Virus record (IMG/VR): IMGVR_UViG_3300002460_000007
Direction: 5' to 3' (one strand)
Source of the DNA: a virus
DNA: 47,457 nt
The notes beneath the pieces are model-generated. The model worked only from the letters and a program-made list of their open reading frames with translations, was not told where the DNA came from and made no database searches. Position 1 is the stretch's first letter, and the number at the start of each line of letters is the position of its first letter. The position numbers and the translations under genes were made by a program. This document shows positions 25,203 to 34,527 of the stretch, in pieces.

Positions 25203-26510
25203 ATGAGTAATTACCCAACCGTAACAAGAAAAGCACTAAGACAGAACATCATCAAGAAGTTCTATAAGCCTAGGCACCCCATTGTCTCCGCTACCACAAC
25301 CACAGCCAGTGATACCACGACTCTGATTGACAGTGTGTTGGCTCCAGCAGGACAGACTGAGGACTACAGGGGTGCATGGGTATTGATTACGGAAGTTGGA
25401 GCATCTGGCCCAGCGGTGGGAACCGTTGCTCGTGTGACCAATACATCTTTCTCTGGAAGTAACAGCACTCTTACCATTGCCCCAGCGTTTAGTGCAGCCT
25501 TGCTTACGGCGATGGACTATGAATTGCACTACAAGTATCACCCAAATTACATAGAATTCCTCATAGATGAAATCTTAGGAAACCTAGAGAATCCTTACTA
25601 TTTCCCGCTAACTCTAATCACCGATGGTGACATGGAGAATGCCCCAGCTACCAGCTTTACAGCCTCTAATGCAACCCTTGCCAACGAGACAACTACCGTC
25701 CTGCATGGTCGAAAGGCACTCAAGATAACCGCAACTGCTGCCAACGGTCATGCGCGGTCAGCTACCGTGAACCTACCTAATTCTACTCAAGTCTTATGTG
25801 CTGCCGATGTATTTATTACAAGTGGAGACTCAGCAAAGTTGACACTGTATGATGTAACCAACAGCGCCGTGCTTGAGACCGCCGAATCAGCCTCCACCGG
25901 ATGGGTGAGATTGCAGTTCACGGCTACAATGCCATCAACCTGTGAGCAGGTGCGGTTGAATCTTGAGTCACAGGCTAACACAGACATTACATACTGGGAC
26001 AATGCAATTTTACTGCCTTGTTATCAAACACAGTACACGCCGCCGGATGAGATAGAATATGCGGAGGATATTACGGGGCTTTACTTCTGGCCCAAGGGTG
26101 CAGACATTGCAGGAAGTGCCGAGGATTTCTCGTTCAGACTTCATGAGGGCGGGCTACAGACATTCAGTCAATGGCACAGTGAAAGGGACGAAACTGCTGT
26201 GGTTCCGTGGAGACTGAGTATTGACCAGCCTCCTATCACAGAACCAATATTCATTCAGACTTTGGTGGACTACGCGGCTCTTGCCTCGGATACTGCAACT
26301 ACTACCGCTCCTGCCCTCTTGGTTGAGGAGCTAGTCTTGGCCGAGCTATACGATGATATGGCCGACGAGGAGGAAGAGAATGGTAATCTCCAGTCTGCCA
26401 ACTCTTTCCGCACCCGTGCTGCACGCACACGGCAAGGAGTGAGCCCTATCTATCGGAAGTTCCGCCCACAACAGACTTTTGTAAAGGGGGCACGTCTTGG
26501 CAGCGGGTAA
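25203..26510 (+). CDS. Tail structural protein candidate, 435 aa
   Basis: Large ORF in the late arm. Confidence 0.55.
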   Translation: MSNYPTVTRKALRQNIIKKFYKPRHPIVSATTTTASDTTTLIDSVLAPAGQTEDYRGAWVLITEVGASGPAVGTVARVTNTSFSGSNSTLTIAPAFSAALLTAMDYELHYKYHPNYIEFLIDEILGNLENPYYFPLTLITDGDMENAPATSFTASNATLANETTTVLHGRKALKITATAANGHARSATVNLPNSTQVLCAADVFITSGDSAKLTLYDVTNSAVLETAESASTGWVRLQFTATMPSTCEQVRLNLESQANTDITYWDNAILLPCYQTQYTPPDEIEYAEDITGLYFWPKGADIAGSAEDFSFRLHEGGLQTFSQWHSERDETAVVPWRLSIDQPPITEPIFIQTLVDYAALASDTATTTAPALLVEELVLAELYDDMADEEEENGNLQSANSFRTRAARTRQGVSPIYRKFRPQQTFVKGARLGSG

Positions 26511-28683
26511 GACGCAACGGCTGAAGATTTGGCGAGACTGGAGTGATGGGGTAGGATTCCTCGATGACAGTCCTGATGCAAATGGATTGTATTATGCGTC
26601 AGGGATTCTCGGTATGCTTGGGGAATTGCGTCCTGCTCCGTTGAAGAATACTGTTGCTGTTGGTATCGATTCTTCTAGGCATTTTCAATACTTCTTTGAG
26701 GAGCCTGTAGCAACAGCGAACCCTGTTTTTGACGCAAGTTCGTCTGGGTCTACCAATAACGTTAATACCCTAACAGTCTCTCACACCATTGCTAATCAGC
26801 CAAATCAAGTCCTTTTTGTCTGGGTGTTTGTCAATAGCACACTTGCTTGGTTTGAGTCTGACCTTACAATTACTTTTAATGGCGACACCTTGATTAATGC
26901 TGTAGATGAGGCGTATAGTTCGAGCTTCGCAGGTATATTGTATTACCTACCTAATCCTGACATTGGAGCACATGATATAGTTGCCACCGTCAGTAATGGG
27001 GGAACCGCAGATATTATACTCATCGCTGCTAGTTATTACAAAACAAGCCAAACCGCTCCTATCCGAGCAACCTTTTCAGCCGATGGCCTTGGCACCAGTA
27101 TTGCCAAGACGGGGATAGTTAGTTCCACTAGCGAAATTATGGTAATGGGAAGCGCAACCCCAAATAATCTTACTGATACTCAGGACGGAGCGGAAACTCT
27201 AATCGCAACGATTCTTAATGCAGGTAATGATATGAGAAGTACCGCTAGTTCTAAGGTGGGAGCAGCCAGCGGCTCAATGACTCACACGTTGAGTGGTGCC
27301 GGAGGAGCATGGATAAGTCTGGGAGGCTCTATTGTTGGCGCTGCGCCTGGCCCAAGCCATCTCTACGCGATGAGCGGAGGGCGAGTGGGTAATACCTCTT
27401 GTTTCCTCGATAAGTTTGACCTTTTCAATAGTGCCTTCGCTACACAGGAGTCTGGCTTTTACGCGCTAACCAATCTACTAAAAACTGGACAACCCACACG
27501 CTATCAAGGCTTCTGGTGGATACCAGATGGGGATGAGTTCGACCCTCGGAAGTTGACTCCCGCCACCGGAGGGTGCTCTGGTGAACTTGCGGCTTCAAGT
27601 GCATGGACAGGCGGTGGAGCCGACCATCTTGGTAATATGAACGGGCAGATGATAGCTGGGTTGAAGGACAATGGATACGCTATTCTGTCCGTCAATGGTA
27701 CTCCAACCACTACAGCAGATTGGGGTTCTTATTTCACAGTTGGTGATAAGAATGAACGGCCCGCCGCAATCTCAGGGCTTAGTGGGCTGTCGTTCGTCCT
27801 AACAGTAGAGGGTCTCCTATCCTTCAATACTCAAGGCCGTTCAGGTCTTATCTTCGAGGATTTCCGTTCGTGGCGCAATGTGTTTGACAATATTCCAATG
27901 CCATCATGGAGAGGAGGTCTTCTGATACCCCACCCCACAGGACTCCTCTACTATACCCCTGGGGAAATACCAGTCAATATAGGTATTGAGGCGAAGTCTG
28001 GTGTAGGTTCCATCCCACCGTCGGGAGCAACCGAACTACACGGCGGGCGATACATGGGAGTACACGCCACTGGTGACTATGTATGGGCAGTGTATCAACC
28101 ACTACTTAGTTCTACGGCTGCCTTAATTCTATGTGGATACTCTAAGACCAGAGACCCACGGAATCTAACCTGGCAAGTAGTGTCAACCACAACCCTGCAA
28201 GATGCTCAACATCTCTTGGGTATCTTCGTCTCTGCTCAGAGTCAGCCAAATTCATCCACGTACAATACTCCTTGTGTCTGGTATGGGGACACGGGCAACC
28301 TATCTTACAACATCCTTGACCCACGAGCAGGCCCATTCCGTTCTCGGACAGACACTCACAAGGTAATCACAAGTGGCAATGCCTTTCTCAGTGAGATTAC
28401 TCTACCTGAGCCAATGGATTTGGACAGAGTAACCTTAGTGGTTCAAGACATGGCAGCGGGAGATGAGTGGCAAATATCTGCCATAATCAATAACGATGGG
28501 AATGACATAAATCTAGGAGCGCCGATTGTAGGGGATGGATGGCACAGTCGCCCGTTCGGAGTGCGGGGACAGAACGTCTATCGCATTATGTTCCACCTTA
28601 CATGGATAGCCACATCATCTAGTGCAAGAGTACCGCCGACTATCCGCTTGATGGAACTATGGGGGAGTCCGCCCATTGCCTAG
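26497..28683 (+). CDS. Tail structural protein candidate, 728 aa
   Basis: Largest ORF of the distal late arm. Confidence 0.55.
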   Translation: MAAGKTQRLKIWRDWSDGVGFLDDSPDANGLYYASGILGMLGELRPAPLKNTVAVGIDSSRHFQYFFEEPVATANPVFDASSSGSTNNVNTLTVSHTIANQPNQVLFVWVFVNSTLAWFESDLTITFNGDTLINAVDEAYSSSFAGILYYLPNPDIGAHDIVATVSNGGTADIILIAASYYKTSQTAPIRATFSADGLGTSIAKTGIVSSTSEIMVMGSATPNNLTDTQDGAETLIATILNAGNDMRSTASSKVGAASGSMTHTLSGAGGAWISLGGSIVGAAPGPSHLYAMSGGRVGNTSCFLDKFDLFNSAFATQESGFYALTNLLKTGQPTRYQGFWWIPDGDEFDPRKLTPATGGCSGELAASSAWTGGGADHLGNMNGQMIAGLKDNGYAILSVNGTPTTTADWGSYFTVGDKNERPAAISGLSGLSFVLTVEGLLSFNTQGRSGLIFEDFRSWRNVFDNIPMPSWRGGLLIPHPTGLLYYTPGEIPVNIGIEAKSGVGSIPPSGATELHGGRYMGVHATGDYVWAVYQPLLSSTAALILCGYSKTRDPRNLTWQVVSTTTLQDAQHLLGIFVSAQSQPNSSTYNTPCVWYGDTGNLSYNILDPRAGPFRSRTDTHKVITSGNAFLSEITLPEPMDLDRVTLVVQDMAAGDEWQISAIINNDGNDINLGAPIVGDGWHSRPFGVRGQNVYRIMFHLTWIATSSSARVPPTIRLMELWGSPPIA

Positions 28684-29197
28684 CTACGAAGAACAAATTG
28701 CAGCCCTAGCCCGAAAGATGGACAGGCTGGAACAAATGCTACAATCACAGCCTAACTCTCGTTATGACCGACGCATCCCTGAATTGGCTACCAACTATGA
28801 CGTGGAAGACTCTATTTTCCGCCCCACACTAACAGGAAAGGCCACAGCAAATCTTACACTAACCACTGGCGCTCAAGCTGTTGTAGGCACCACCATCACA
28901 TTATCTCCTGGTGGTATTTGGCTAATAACGGCTAGCTCATTAATGCGAGACAGTAGCGGTGCCACTGAAGCTAGAGAGGTTTACGTGGAGCTAAACATCT
29001 CTGGCGCGGGTCAGACACCCATAATGACCGGAATCCTCGCTGAAGGGTGGATGGGCTTTACTACTGGAATGGCGTGGATTGTAACAGTAACCAATAATGA
29101 GGCTGCCCAATTGCGCTCGTGGAAGAGTGGTGGCACGCAATCCACAAGCATTATTGCCGCATCCACCCTAATTTCAGCAGTGTGGATAGCGCCTTAG
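28676..29197 (+). CDS. Late hypothetical protein, 173 aa (N-terminal coiled coil)
   Basis: Overlaps the upstream stop. TTG start. Confidence 0.5.
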   Translation: MPSYEEQIAALARKMDRLEQMLQSQPNSRYDRRIPELATNYDVEDSIFRPTLTGKATANLTLTTGAQAVVGTTITLSPGGIWLITASSLMRDSSGATEAREVYVELNISGAGQTPIMTGILAEGWMGFTTGMAWIVTVTNNEAAQLRSWKSGGTQSTSIIAASTLISAVWIAP

Positions 29198-29213
29198 AAC
29201 CGTGGTATAACTT

Positions 29214-29987
29214 ATGAATGCTGATTACCCAGGAGCCATTGTCGTCGAGGCCGCTAACTACGGATACAGCGGCGCTTTCAATCGTCCTCGTGCTTGGGCC
29301 CTGCATACACCAGAAGAACTTGCTGATTCAGACCCTCAGACCCCATACTATTTCCATAATACAACTAGAGAGGCGTCCACAACATACTTCGTATCCTACT
29401 TGGGCTTTGTGTTCCAGTGTGTGCCTGAGTCCGAAGGCGCTTACGCTAATGCTGTGGAGGGTAAACCTTACCCCAGTTGGGCAGACTCAACCATCAACCT
29501 GAACCTCCAAACACTATCTGTAGAAATAGAAGGATTTGCCACTGATATTCACCTTACAATGCCACGGGGCTCTCCTCAGTGGAAGGCTCTAGTTGACCTT
29601 ATGGCTCACCGATGCAAAGCCTTGGGAATACCACCAGATAGAACATTTGGGCATTATGAGGTCAGTATATATCGGGGAGACCCAGGACAATTGGACATAC
29701 CACAGTTAGTAGCGGACGTAGTAGCAAAGATGGAGGAAGATATGCCAAAACTAATTCATTGCATAGATGGTGGTAAAGTCTATGTCGTGGGAGAAGTTGG
29801 TAAGCGCCATATCGACGACCAAGCAGAACTGGGTATTTATATCAGACTGTTTGGTGCGTGGATGGATGTCTACCAAGCAGAGGCCGACATGATACCGGAT
29901 GTCCCCAGTGTCACAGGAAATGCTGTAGATGTTGCATCTATAGCTAGCGCGGTTGCCAACGAACTAGCACGACGTATGGTGACGTAG
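29214..29987 (+). CDS. Endolysin, N-acetylmuramoyl-L-alanine amidase (Amidase_2/PGRP type)
   Basis: WALHTPEE...YFVSYLGFVFQCV...NLQTLSVEIEGFA...GHYEV...GDPG matches the T7-lysozyme-type layout. Confidence 0.75.
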   Translation: MNADYPGAIVVEAANYGYSGAFNRPRAWALHTPEELADSDPQTPYYFHNTTREASTTYFVSYLGFVFQCVPESEGAYANAVEGKPYPSWADSTINLNLQTLSVEIEGFATDIHLTMPRGSPQWKALVDLMAHRCKALGIPPDRTFGHYEVSIYRGDPGQLDIPQLVADVVAKMEEDMPKLIHCIDGGKVYVVGEVGKRHIDDQAELGIYIRLFGAWMDVYQAEADMIPDVPSVTGNAVDVASIASAVANELARRMVT

Positions 29988-30022
29988 ATAAAAAGAGCGG
30001 GAGGCTTATAAAAGACCCCCGC
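29988..30022 (-). terminator. Intrinsic terminator, functional mainly on the minus strand
   Basis: On the minus strand: GCGGGGG, a 12-nt loop, CCUCCCGC, then UCUUUUUAUC. The plus-strand version has an A-C mismatch and no U tract. Confidence 0.6.
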
Positions 30023-30036
30023 GAATCACTAATTCG

Positions 30037-30065
30037 ATTATACCACATTCAGAGGCGTTTGTCAA
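30037..30065 (-). promoter_or_regulatory. Consensus promoter: ggcTTGACA-17-tggTATAAT, pointing at the end of the late arm
   Basis: Perfect hexamers on the minus strand. The leader is homologous to the 1394-1419 leader. Confidence 0.75.
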
Positions 30066-30182
30066 GCCCCCTGGCGATAAATCTTTGACAAGGCATAGAT
30101 TAGGAACAACGGTGCTACTGCCAGCGGTGCCCACCACTGCCCGTTCATACCCGCCACTGCTGCAACGGACAGTACATAGAAT

Positions 30183-30353
30183 CTAAGCACGGTAGATTAC
30201 CTTAAAATACCCCCCGCCCGTGCTCTCCAAAGCTTCTTCTCTCTCCTTCTTTTCCAAATAGTGCTCGCAGAACTTAATGTGCCGTTTGTTTCGTCTCTGA
30301 CAAGGCAAGATATGGCCGTTGTAGTTTGTCCCTTTATGTCTTTTCCACTGCAT
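30183..30353 (-). CDS. Small basic protein, 56 aa (track ORF trimmed)
   Basis: TAATG coupling to the nrdJ stop. Confidence 0.45.
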   Translation of the reverse strand: MQWKRHKGTNYNGHILPCQRRNKRHIKFCEHYLEKKEREEALESTGGGYFKVIYRA

Positions 30354-31927
30354 TAAGAACAACCTCCTCCACAATCAGGACACATAAAGCATGTACCGTC
30401 AGGCACCGACTCACTATGGTTACAAGCGGAGATAGACTCATCTACCTTGGCCCGAAGAACCTGCTTCTCCCTACACCCATCACGGAACACTGTGACACCC
30501 TTGCAGCCTCTTGCCCATGCACGCTTATACGAGTTTAGTACATCATCTACTGTCGCAGCGTTGGGCATATTGATAGTCTTCGATACGGACTGGTCAACAT
30601 GCTTTTGAAAGATAGCTTGGTGTTCTAGGTGCCACTTCCAATCTATCTCATGCGCTGTCTTAGGTCGAAACTCCGAGAATTTCAGTGTTGGGTTAATCTG
30701 CTCGTGCAACTGTGTACCGTCACCCATAGTCCGAACCCAAGAGTCAGAGAAATGTGGCTCAATCCCTGCGGAGCAACCAGCAAGCAGCGAGATGCTGCCA
30801 GTTGGTGCAATAGCTGTCCTACACGCATTACGATAAAGAGTCCTCGTCTCCCCTTTGTAAGCAGGGGCAGGGCCCCGAACTCTGGCAAGACTAGCACTCG
30901 TTGAATCAGCCACCTTCTGTACTGTTGACATAACCTTACCCGCCAAGTCCAAAGCAGTCTGACTATCATACGGTATTCTCAACTGCGCCAACATATCGGC
31001 CCAACCCATCACACCAAGGCCGAGCTTCCTAGTCAGACGCACAGCCTCGGTTATATCTTCGTGAGGGAACTGGTTATGCTCAAGTATGTCATCGAGGAAC
31101 TGAATAGCCGTGGCAACCGTGGCCTGTAGTTCAGTAAACTTGACACGACCATCATCAGCAAACTTGGACAAGTTTATACTGCCCAAGTTACACGCCTCAT
31201 TGTCCAGAAGGGGAATCTCACCGCACGGGTTAGTGCCTGTAAGTTTGCCCAACCACGGCGTAGGATTATCTCTTTCCGCAGCATCAATGAAATAACACCC
31301 TGGGTCTCCAGTTGCCCACGCTACCTCGGCCATAAGACCAAGTAACTTCTCGGCCTGTGTGCCCCCCACCATCACCTCTTCCATGAACTTGTCTGTTAGT
31401 GCAACAGAAACATTGAAAGTCCGAAGACCATCGGGATTCACGGCCTTCATAGTGATAAACTCTTCAACATCAGGATGGTCACAGGATATGATAGCCATCT
31501 GTGCGGCCTCTCGCTTGCCCGACTGGGTGACAACTTCGCCCAACGAGTTGAACATCCTGATAAATCCCACAGGGCCACCAGCGGTATTACCCGTGCCCAA
31601 CACTGGGGCACCCTTGCCTCGCACTTCGGACAACACATACCCCACACCCCCTCCCCATTTCTGCACCAGCGCAGCTTTCTTTGCCACGTCCATGATACCA
31701 ATCATGTCATCAGGAACGTCGAACTTGAAACAAGCGGACAGTGTACCTCTGCCTGTACCAGCATTGAAAAGGGTTGGACTGTTAGGGAGAAATTCTAAGT
31801 CTCGCATCATGCGATAGTAACTTGGATTGCCGAAGCTGACTCGTTGCAGCATCTCATCGGGTGTCTCTCTCTCCATGAGATACCGTTTTTGGAGCACTAG
31901 CAAAGCATTGCCGTTGAAGTTGGACAC
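30353..31927 (-). CDS. nrdJ: Class II (adenosylcobalamin-type) ribonucleotide reductase
   Basis: Active-site NPCGEIPL and an N-terminal LQKRYL. The C-terminal Cys tail is CFMCPDCGGGCS. Confidence 0.85.
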   Translation of the reverse strand: MSNFNGNALLVLQKRYLMERETPDEMLQRVSFGNPSYYRMMRDLEFLPNSPTLFNAGTGRGTLSACFKFDVPDDMIGIMDVAKKAALVQKWGGGVGYVLSEVRGKGAPVLGTGNTAGGPVGFIRMFNSLGEVVTQSGKREAAQMAIISCDHPDVEEFITMKAVNPDGLRTFNVSVALTDKFMEEVMVGGTQAEKLLGLMAEVAWATGDPGCYFIDAAERDNPTPWLGKLTGTNPCGEIPLLDNEACNLGSINLSKFADDGRVKFTELQATVATAIQFLDDILEHNQFPHEDITEAVRLTRKLGLGVMGWADMLAQLRIPYDSQTALDLAGKVMSTVQKVADSTSASLARVRGPAPAYKGETRTLYRNACRTAIAPTGSISLLAGCSAGIEPHFSDSWVRTMGDGTQLHEQINPTLKFSEFRPKTAHEIDWKWHLEHQAIFQKHVDQSVSKTINMPNAATVDDVLNSYKRAWARGCKGVTVFRDGCREKQVLRAKVDESISACNHSESVPDGTCFMCPDCGGGCS

Positions 31928-31989
31928 GGGTACAGTTATCCTTTCGATAAACTATTAGGCTATTGGCTCTCCGAGCGGGGGAGGACTCT

Positions 31990-32018
31990 ATTATACACCA
32001 TCCCTCGTTGTTTGTCAA
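31990..32018 (-). promoter_or_regulatory. Consensus promoter: ccTTGACA-17-TATAAT, upstream of nrdJ
   Basis: Perfect hexamers. CCCCCGC, an inverted half of the box, follows. Confidence 0.8.
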
Positions 32019-32140
32019 GGGGTGGGGCCTACCACTCTCCTACCACCCACCCTTCGCCTCTGCTTCTCCTCAGTCACCATTAGACTGCCTCAAGGCGTCA
32101 CCAATACACAGAAGCGGTTTGATAGGCCCCGATATTTATC

Positions 32141-32218
32141 TGGAGTAGGGGATGGGACTCGAACCCACAACTTGCTGAGTCACAGTCAGCCGGTCTACCA
32201 TTTGACCGCTACCCCTAC
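32141..32218 (-). tRNA. tRNA, anticodon GUG (His), CCA encoded
   Basis: 7-bp acceptor stem, T arm gtggg-ttcgagt-cccat and anticodon arm gctga-CUGUGAC-tcagc. The D arm is slightly irregular. A-1 can pair with U73. Confidence 0.6.
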
Positions 32219-32222
32219 TTTT

Positions 32223-32304
32223 TGGTGGAGCCGGTGGGTGTCGAACCCACGTCCTGAGTACGTCCTTTTCAGGCTTTACTACTCAGTCGAACCCTCGCGG
32301 CCCC
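32223..32304 (-). ncRNA. tRNA-like element, 82 nt: acceptor stem, canonical T arm and CCA, but no D arm or anticodon arm
   Basis: ggggccg pairs with cggctcc (one G-U). T arm gtggg-ttcgaca-cccac. The interior folds as a 7-bp stem ctgagta/tactcag with a 19-nt loop. Confidence 0.4.
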
Positions 32305-32305
32305 A

Positions 32306-32695
32306 TTAATAACTAGCGTAGTTACTCCACTTCGTAATATACTCGTTAGGAACTCGTTTCCTCACTCCTGGTCTTTTGCCGTAAGCAGGCTTTTTCCAGT
32401 AGCAGTCCCCGCACACCGACACCCACCTCCACGCTGTCAGATTTTGCTTATCCGCTTCTGCAGAATCGACGGTGATGGCTGCCTGCCACTGCACCATGGG
32501 GCCGACGAACTCCTTGCCGCAGCAATAGCATTGTTCAGGGGGGGTGGTTCGTTGGTGCTTACCTCCACGGTTCATGTCTTTTATCCATTCCTTTTCCTCC
32601 TCTTGGGACATAGTGGGATGAGTATGTAGTTCTTTAGTACATTGTCCACGAGTAAGAGTACACTTTCCAATTACTATTCTATAAAACATTGGCAA
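32306..32695 (-). CDS. Cys-containing hypothetical protein; start uncertain
   Basis: CYCCGKEF...CGDCYW. Confidence 0.5.
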   Translation of the reverse strand: MPMFYRIVIGKCTLTRGQCTKELHTHPTMSQEEEKEWIKDMNRGGKHQRTTPPEQCYCCGKEFVGPMVQWQAAITVDSAEADKQNLTAWRWVSVCGDCYWKKPAYGKRPGVRKRVPNEYITKWSNYASY

Positions 32696-33195
32696 GTAGG
32701 GCAGTGACGAACTTTATTATGAGTTTGTGTTTCCATCGTTGCCCACCTAATGTTACTTGGTTCATAATTACCCTGCCCATCTATGCGGTCTAGTCCTCCA
32801 TCCGCCCAATCTGGTCTCCACCCTACATCAGAAAGGAAATTCGCAAAGCCGTTTTTTCCAAGCCAGCTATCGCAGACTATGATTCCTCGCCCACCATAAT
32901 GATGATAGGCAGGGTCGTTTGTCCTGTAGCATCTCGACCTCATACTTATCCAAGTATGATATTCTGTTGAAGTAGTTAATCCATGTTTGACAGCGAGGTT
33001 AATAGTAGGGTTTCCATGTCTGCGTATTCTCATGTGATGCTTGCTGCAATAACCATCGCAGAACGCTTTCTCTAGACATTTTTCAATCTTGCAAAGAGGG
33101 CGACACTCGCGGGTACAAAATCTTTGATTATGTATATTTGGGGTAAAGTCTATTCCACATGACTCACAGCTTTTATTAGCATATTCTTTCCCCAT
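32674..33195 (-). CDS. Homing-endonuclease-like DNA-binding protein (AP2/HNH-associated type) with N-terminal zinc ribbons
   Basis: YHHYGGRGIIVCDSWL...FANFLSDVGWRP...LDRIDGQGNYEPSNIRWAT is typical of phage proteins annotated as HNH/AP2. Confidence 0.55.
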   Translation of the reverse strand: MGKEYANKSCESCGIDFTPNIHNQRFCTRECRPLCKIEKCLEKAFCDGYCSKHHMRIRRHGNPTINLAVKHGLTTSTEYHTWISMRSRCYRTNDPAYHHYGGRGIIVCDSWLGKNGFANFLSDVGWRPDWADGGLDRIDGQGNYEPSNIRWATMETQTHNKVRHCPTCQCFIE

Positions 33196-33197
33196 GT

Positions 33198-33941
33198 CTA
33201 GTATACCCTCAACGGCGTCGCGCCAAGATTCCTGAACTTCACCAGATACTCGAATATCCGCTCAAGCTCCTCCACATCCTTCTGGCAGTGGTCAACAATA
33301 TATTTCATGGCCGTGCTATTGCCCTTCATTGCAGCGTTCCACACAGAGCCGATAAGACGCGTCTTGTTTGATTCACCCAGGAGTGTTTCTCCGACGGCCT
33401 GTTGACGGTTGCTATGCATAGCCAGTTGGCTCCGTGCCGTATAGTACAAGTCCACATGTCGAATGTGAGATAATGGCGCGTGACCTGATACGAGCAGTCT
33501 TGTTTGCAGAAAGGGCAAATCAAAGCCAGTTCCATACCATGTGATGATGTAGTCATATTTCATCAACTCCTCACGGATTCTGTCCGCCACTGTTCCGTCC
33601 CCTTGTCGTCCCGCAACGAATGTCTTTGTGTTTCCACCGACATTCTTAACACATCCGCAAAGAATTTCTCCGATACTCGCGTTGAGGTTGGAAGTCTCAA
33701 GGTCAAAAGTAGCGAAAGATTTGTTCTCCAATATCCACGCGTTTTTCGCCTTGTTCTCCTCTGCACGGAGCAGCTTCTTTGTCTCCTGTGCCTGCCATGT
33801 CTGCTCATCATATAGTGGTTCCTCTGTCACTGCCTGTCGGCGTACATTCTCCATGTGCCGCTTGCATTTCTGCGAACAGTAGGTTTGGTTGTGTACTTGA
33901 GGCTCAAACGCAACCGAGCACTCATTACTTTGACAAATCAT
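33198..33941 (-). CDS. DEDDh 3'-5' exonuclease (RNase H-like fold) with an N-terminal zinc ribbon
   Basis: ExoI FDLETSNL, ExoII WYGTGFDLPFL and ExoIII HCQKDVEEL. Confidence 0.7.
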   Translation of the reverse strand: MICQSNECSVAFEPQVHNQTYCSQKCKRHMENVRRQAVTEEPLYDEQTWQAQETKKLLRAEENKAKNAWILENKSFATFDLETSNLNASIGEILCGCVKNVGGNTKTFVAGRQGDGTVADRIREELMKYDYIITWYGTGFDLPFLQTRLLVSGHAPLSHIRHVDLYYTARSQLAMHSNRQQAVGETLLGESNKTRLIGSVWNAAMKGNSTAMKYIVDHCQKDVEELERIFEYLVKFRNLGATPLRVY

Positions 33942-34527
33942 GCAGTTCCTCCGCGACCTTCAACGCCCGCTCCAAATTAAACACTCGATGTAGACCTGGC
34001 TGCTTAGGGAGATGGACGTTGTATTGGTACGTTGGCATCACAACCTGGATACCGCTGTCCAATAACTCCTGTGCGTACTTCGGGCTGTCATCTATCATCA
34101 CGTTAATCTTCAGCAGCTTGCAGTGTTCGGATTTCTCTTCACCCTTCTTCACCCGTATGATGAAAGCATTGGGCATCCCATAGTTCTCCAACCACTGATG
34201 AGTCTGCTTGGCAGAATTGCCGCCGTCTCTCCTCGTGATGAACACGATAGGGTGCTTGTTGTATATCTCTCGTAGATAATCCATGTTGTACAGGGGCTCA
34301 ACACCTAGCCAAAAATTGCCATTGTCCAGTGTGAGTATGGACTTCCACGTTGCCTCTATTATCCCACTATGTGCGTACCACTCATCCCACTTCCACGATT
34401 CCACATCCATGTAATCGACAATCGGTGCCTCATCGGGGAATAATCTATTTGCGCGGGTGGAGAACGCCTTGACAAAGTTACAAACTACTCCGTCCATGTC
34501 GCAGCCTATGATACTCAAGGCTTCCAC
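33925..34527 (-). CDS. HAD-family 5'(3')-deoxyribonucleotidase
   Basis: Motif I CDMDGVVCNF, plus VFITRR and VMIDDSPKY. Confidence 0.7.
   Translation of the reverse strand: MEALSIIGCDMDGVVCNFVKAFSTRANRLFPDEAPIVDYMDVESWKWDEWYAHSGIIEATWKSILTLDNGNFWLGVEPLYNMDYLREIYNKHPIVFITRRDGGNSAKQTHQWLENYGMPNAFIIRVKKGEEKSEHCKLLKINVMIDDSPKYAQELLDSGIQVVMPTYQYNVHLPKQPGLHRVFNLERALKVAEELHDLSK

Noticed and set aside
30085-30090. Additional exact TTGACA hexamers (for example 30085 +, 26829 -, 33930 +, 34469 +, 12912 +, 18303 +, 21963 +)
   Set aside because: None has an acceptable -10 hexamer at 16-18 nt. About 20 such hexamers are expected by chance.
30062-30148. 28-aa hydrophobic minus-strand ORF (MNGQWWAPLAVAPLFLIYALSKIYRQGA) ending inside the -35 of the 30065 promoter
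   Set aside because: The SD is weak and there is no coupling. It is too short to call without expression or conservation data.
31359-31817. Plus-strand ORFs inside nrdJ (31359-31817 and 31475-31798), and similar antisense ORFs inside terL, portal, the giant gene, the capsid candidate, polA and the helicase
   Set aside because: They are antisense shadows of long, motif-supported genes and have no start context.
32141-32304. tRNA / tRNA-like pair as an attP site of a temperate phage
   Set aside because: I recognised no integrase, excisionase or CI/Cro-like switch anywhere in the genome. The elements have complete 5' and 3' halves rather than a 3' fragment.
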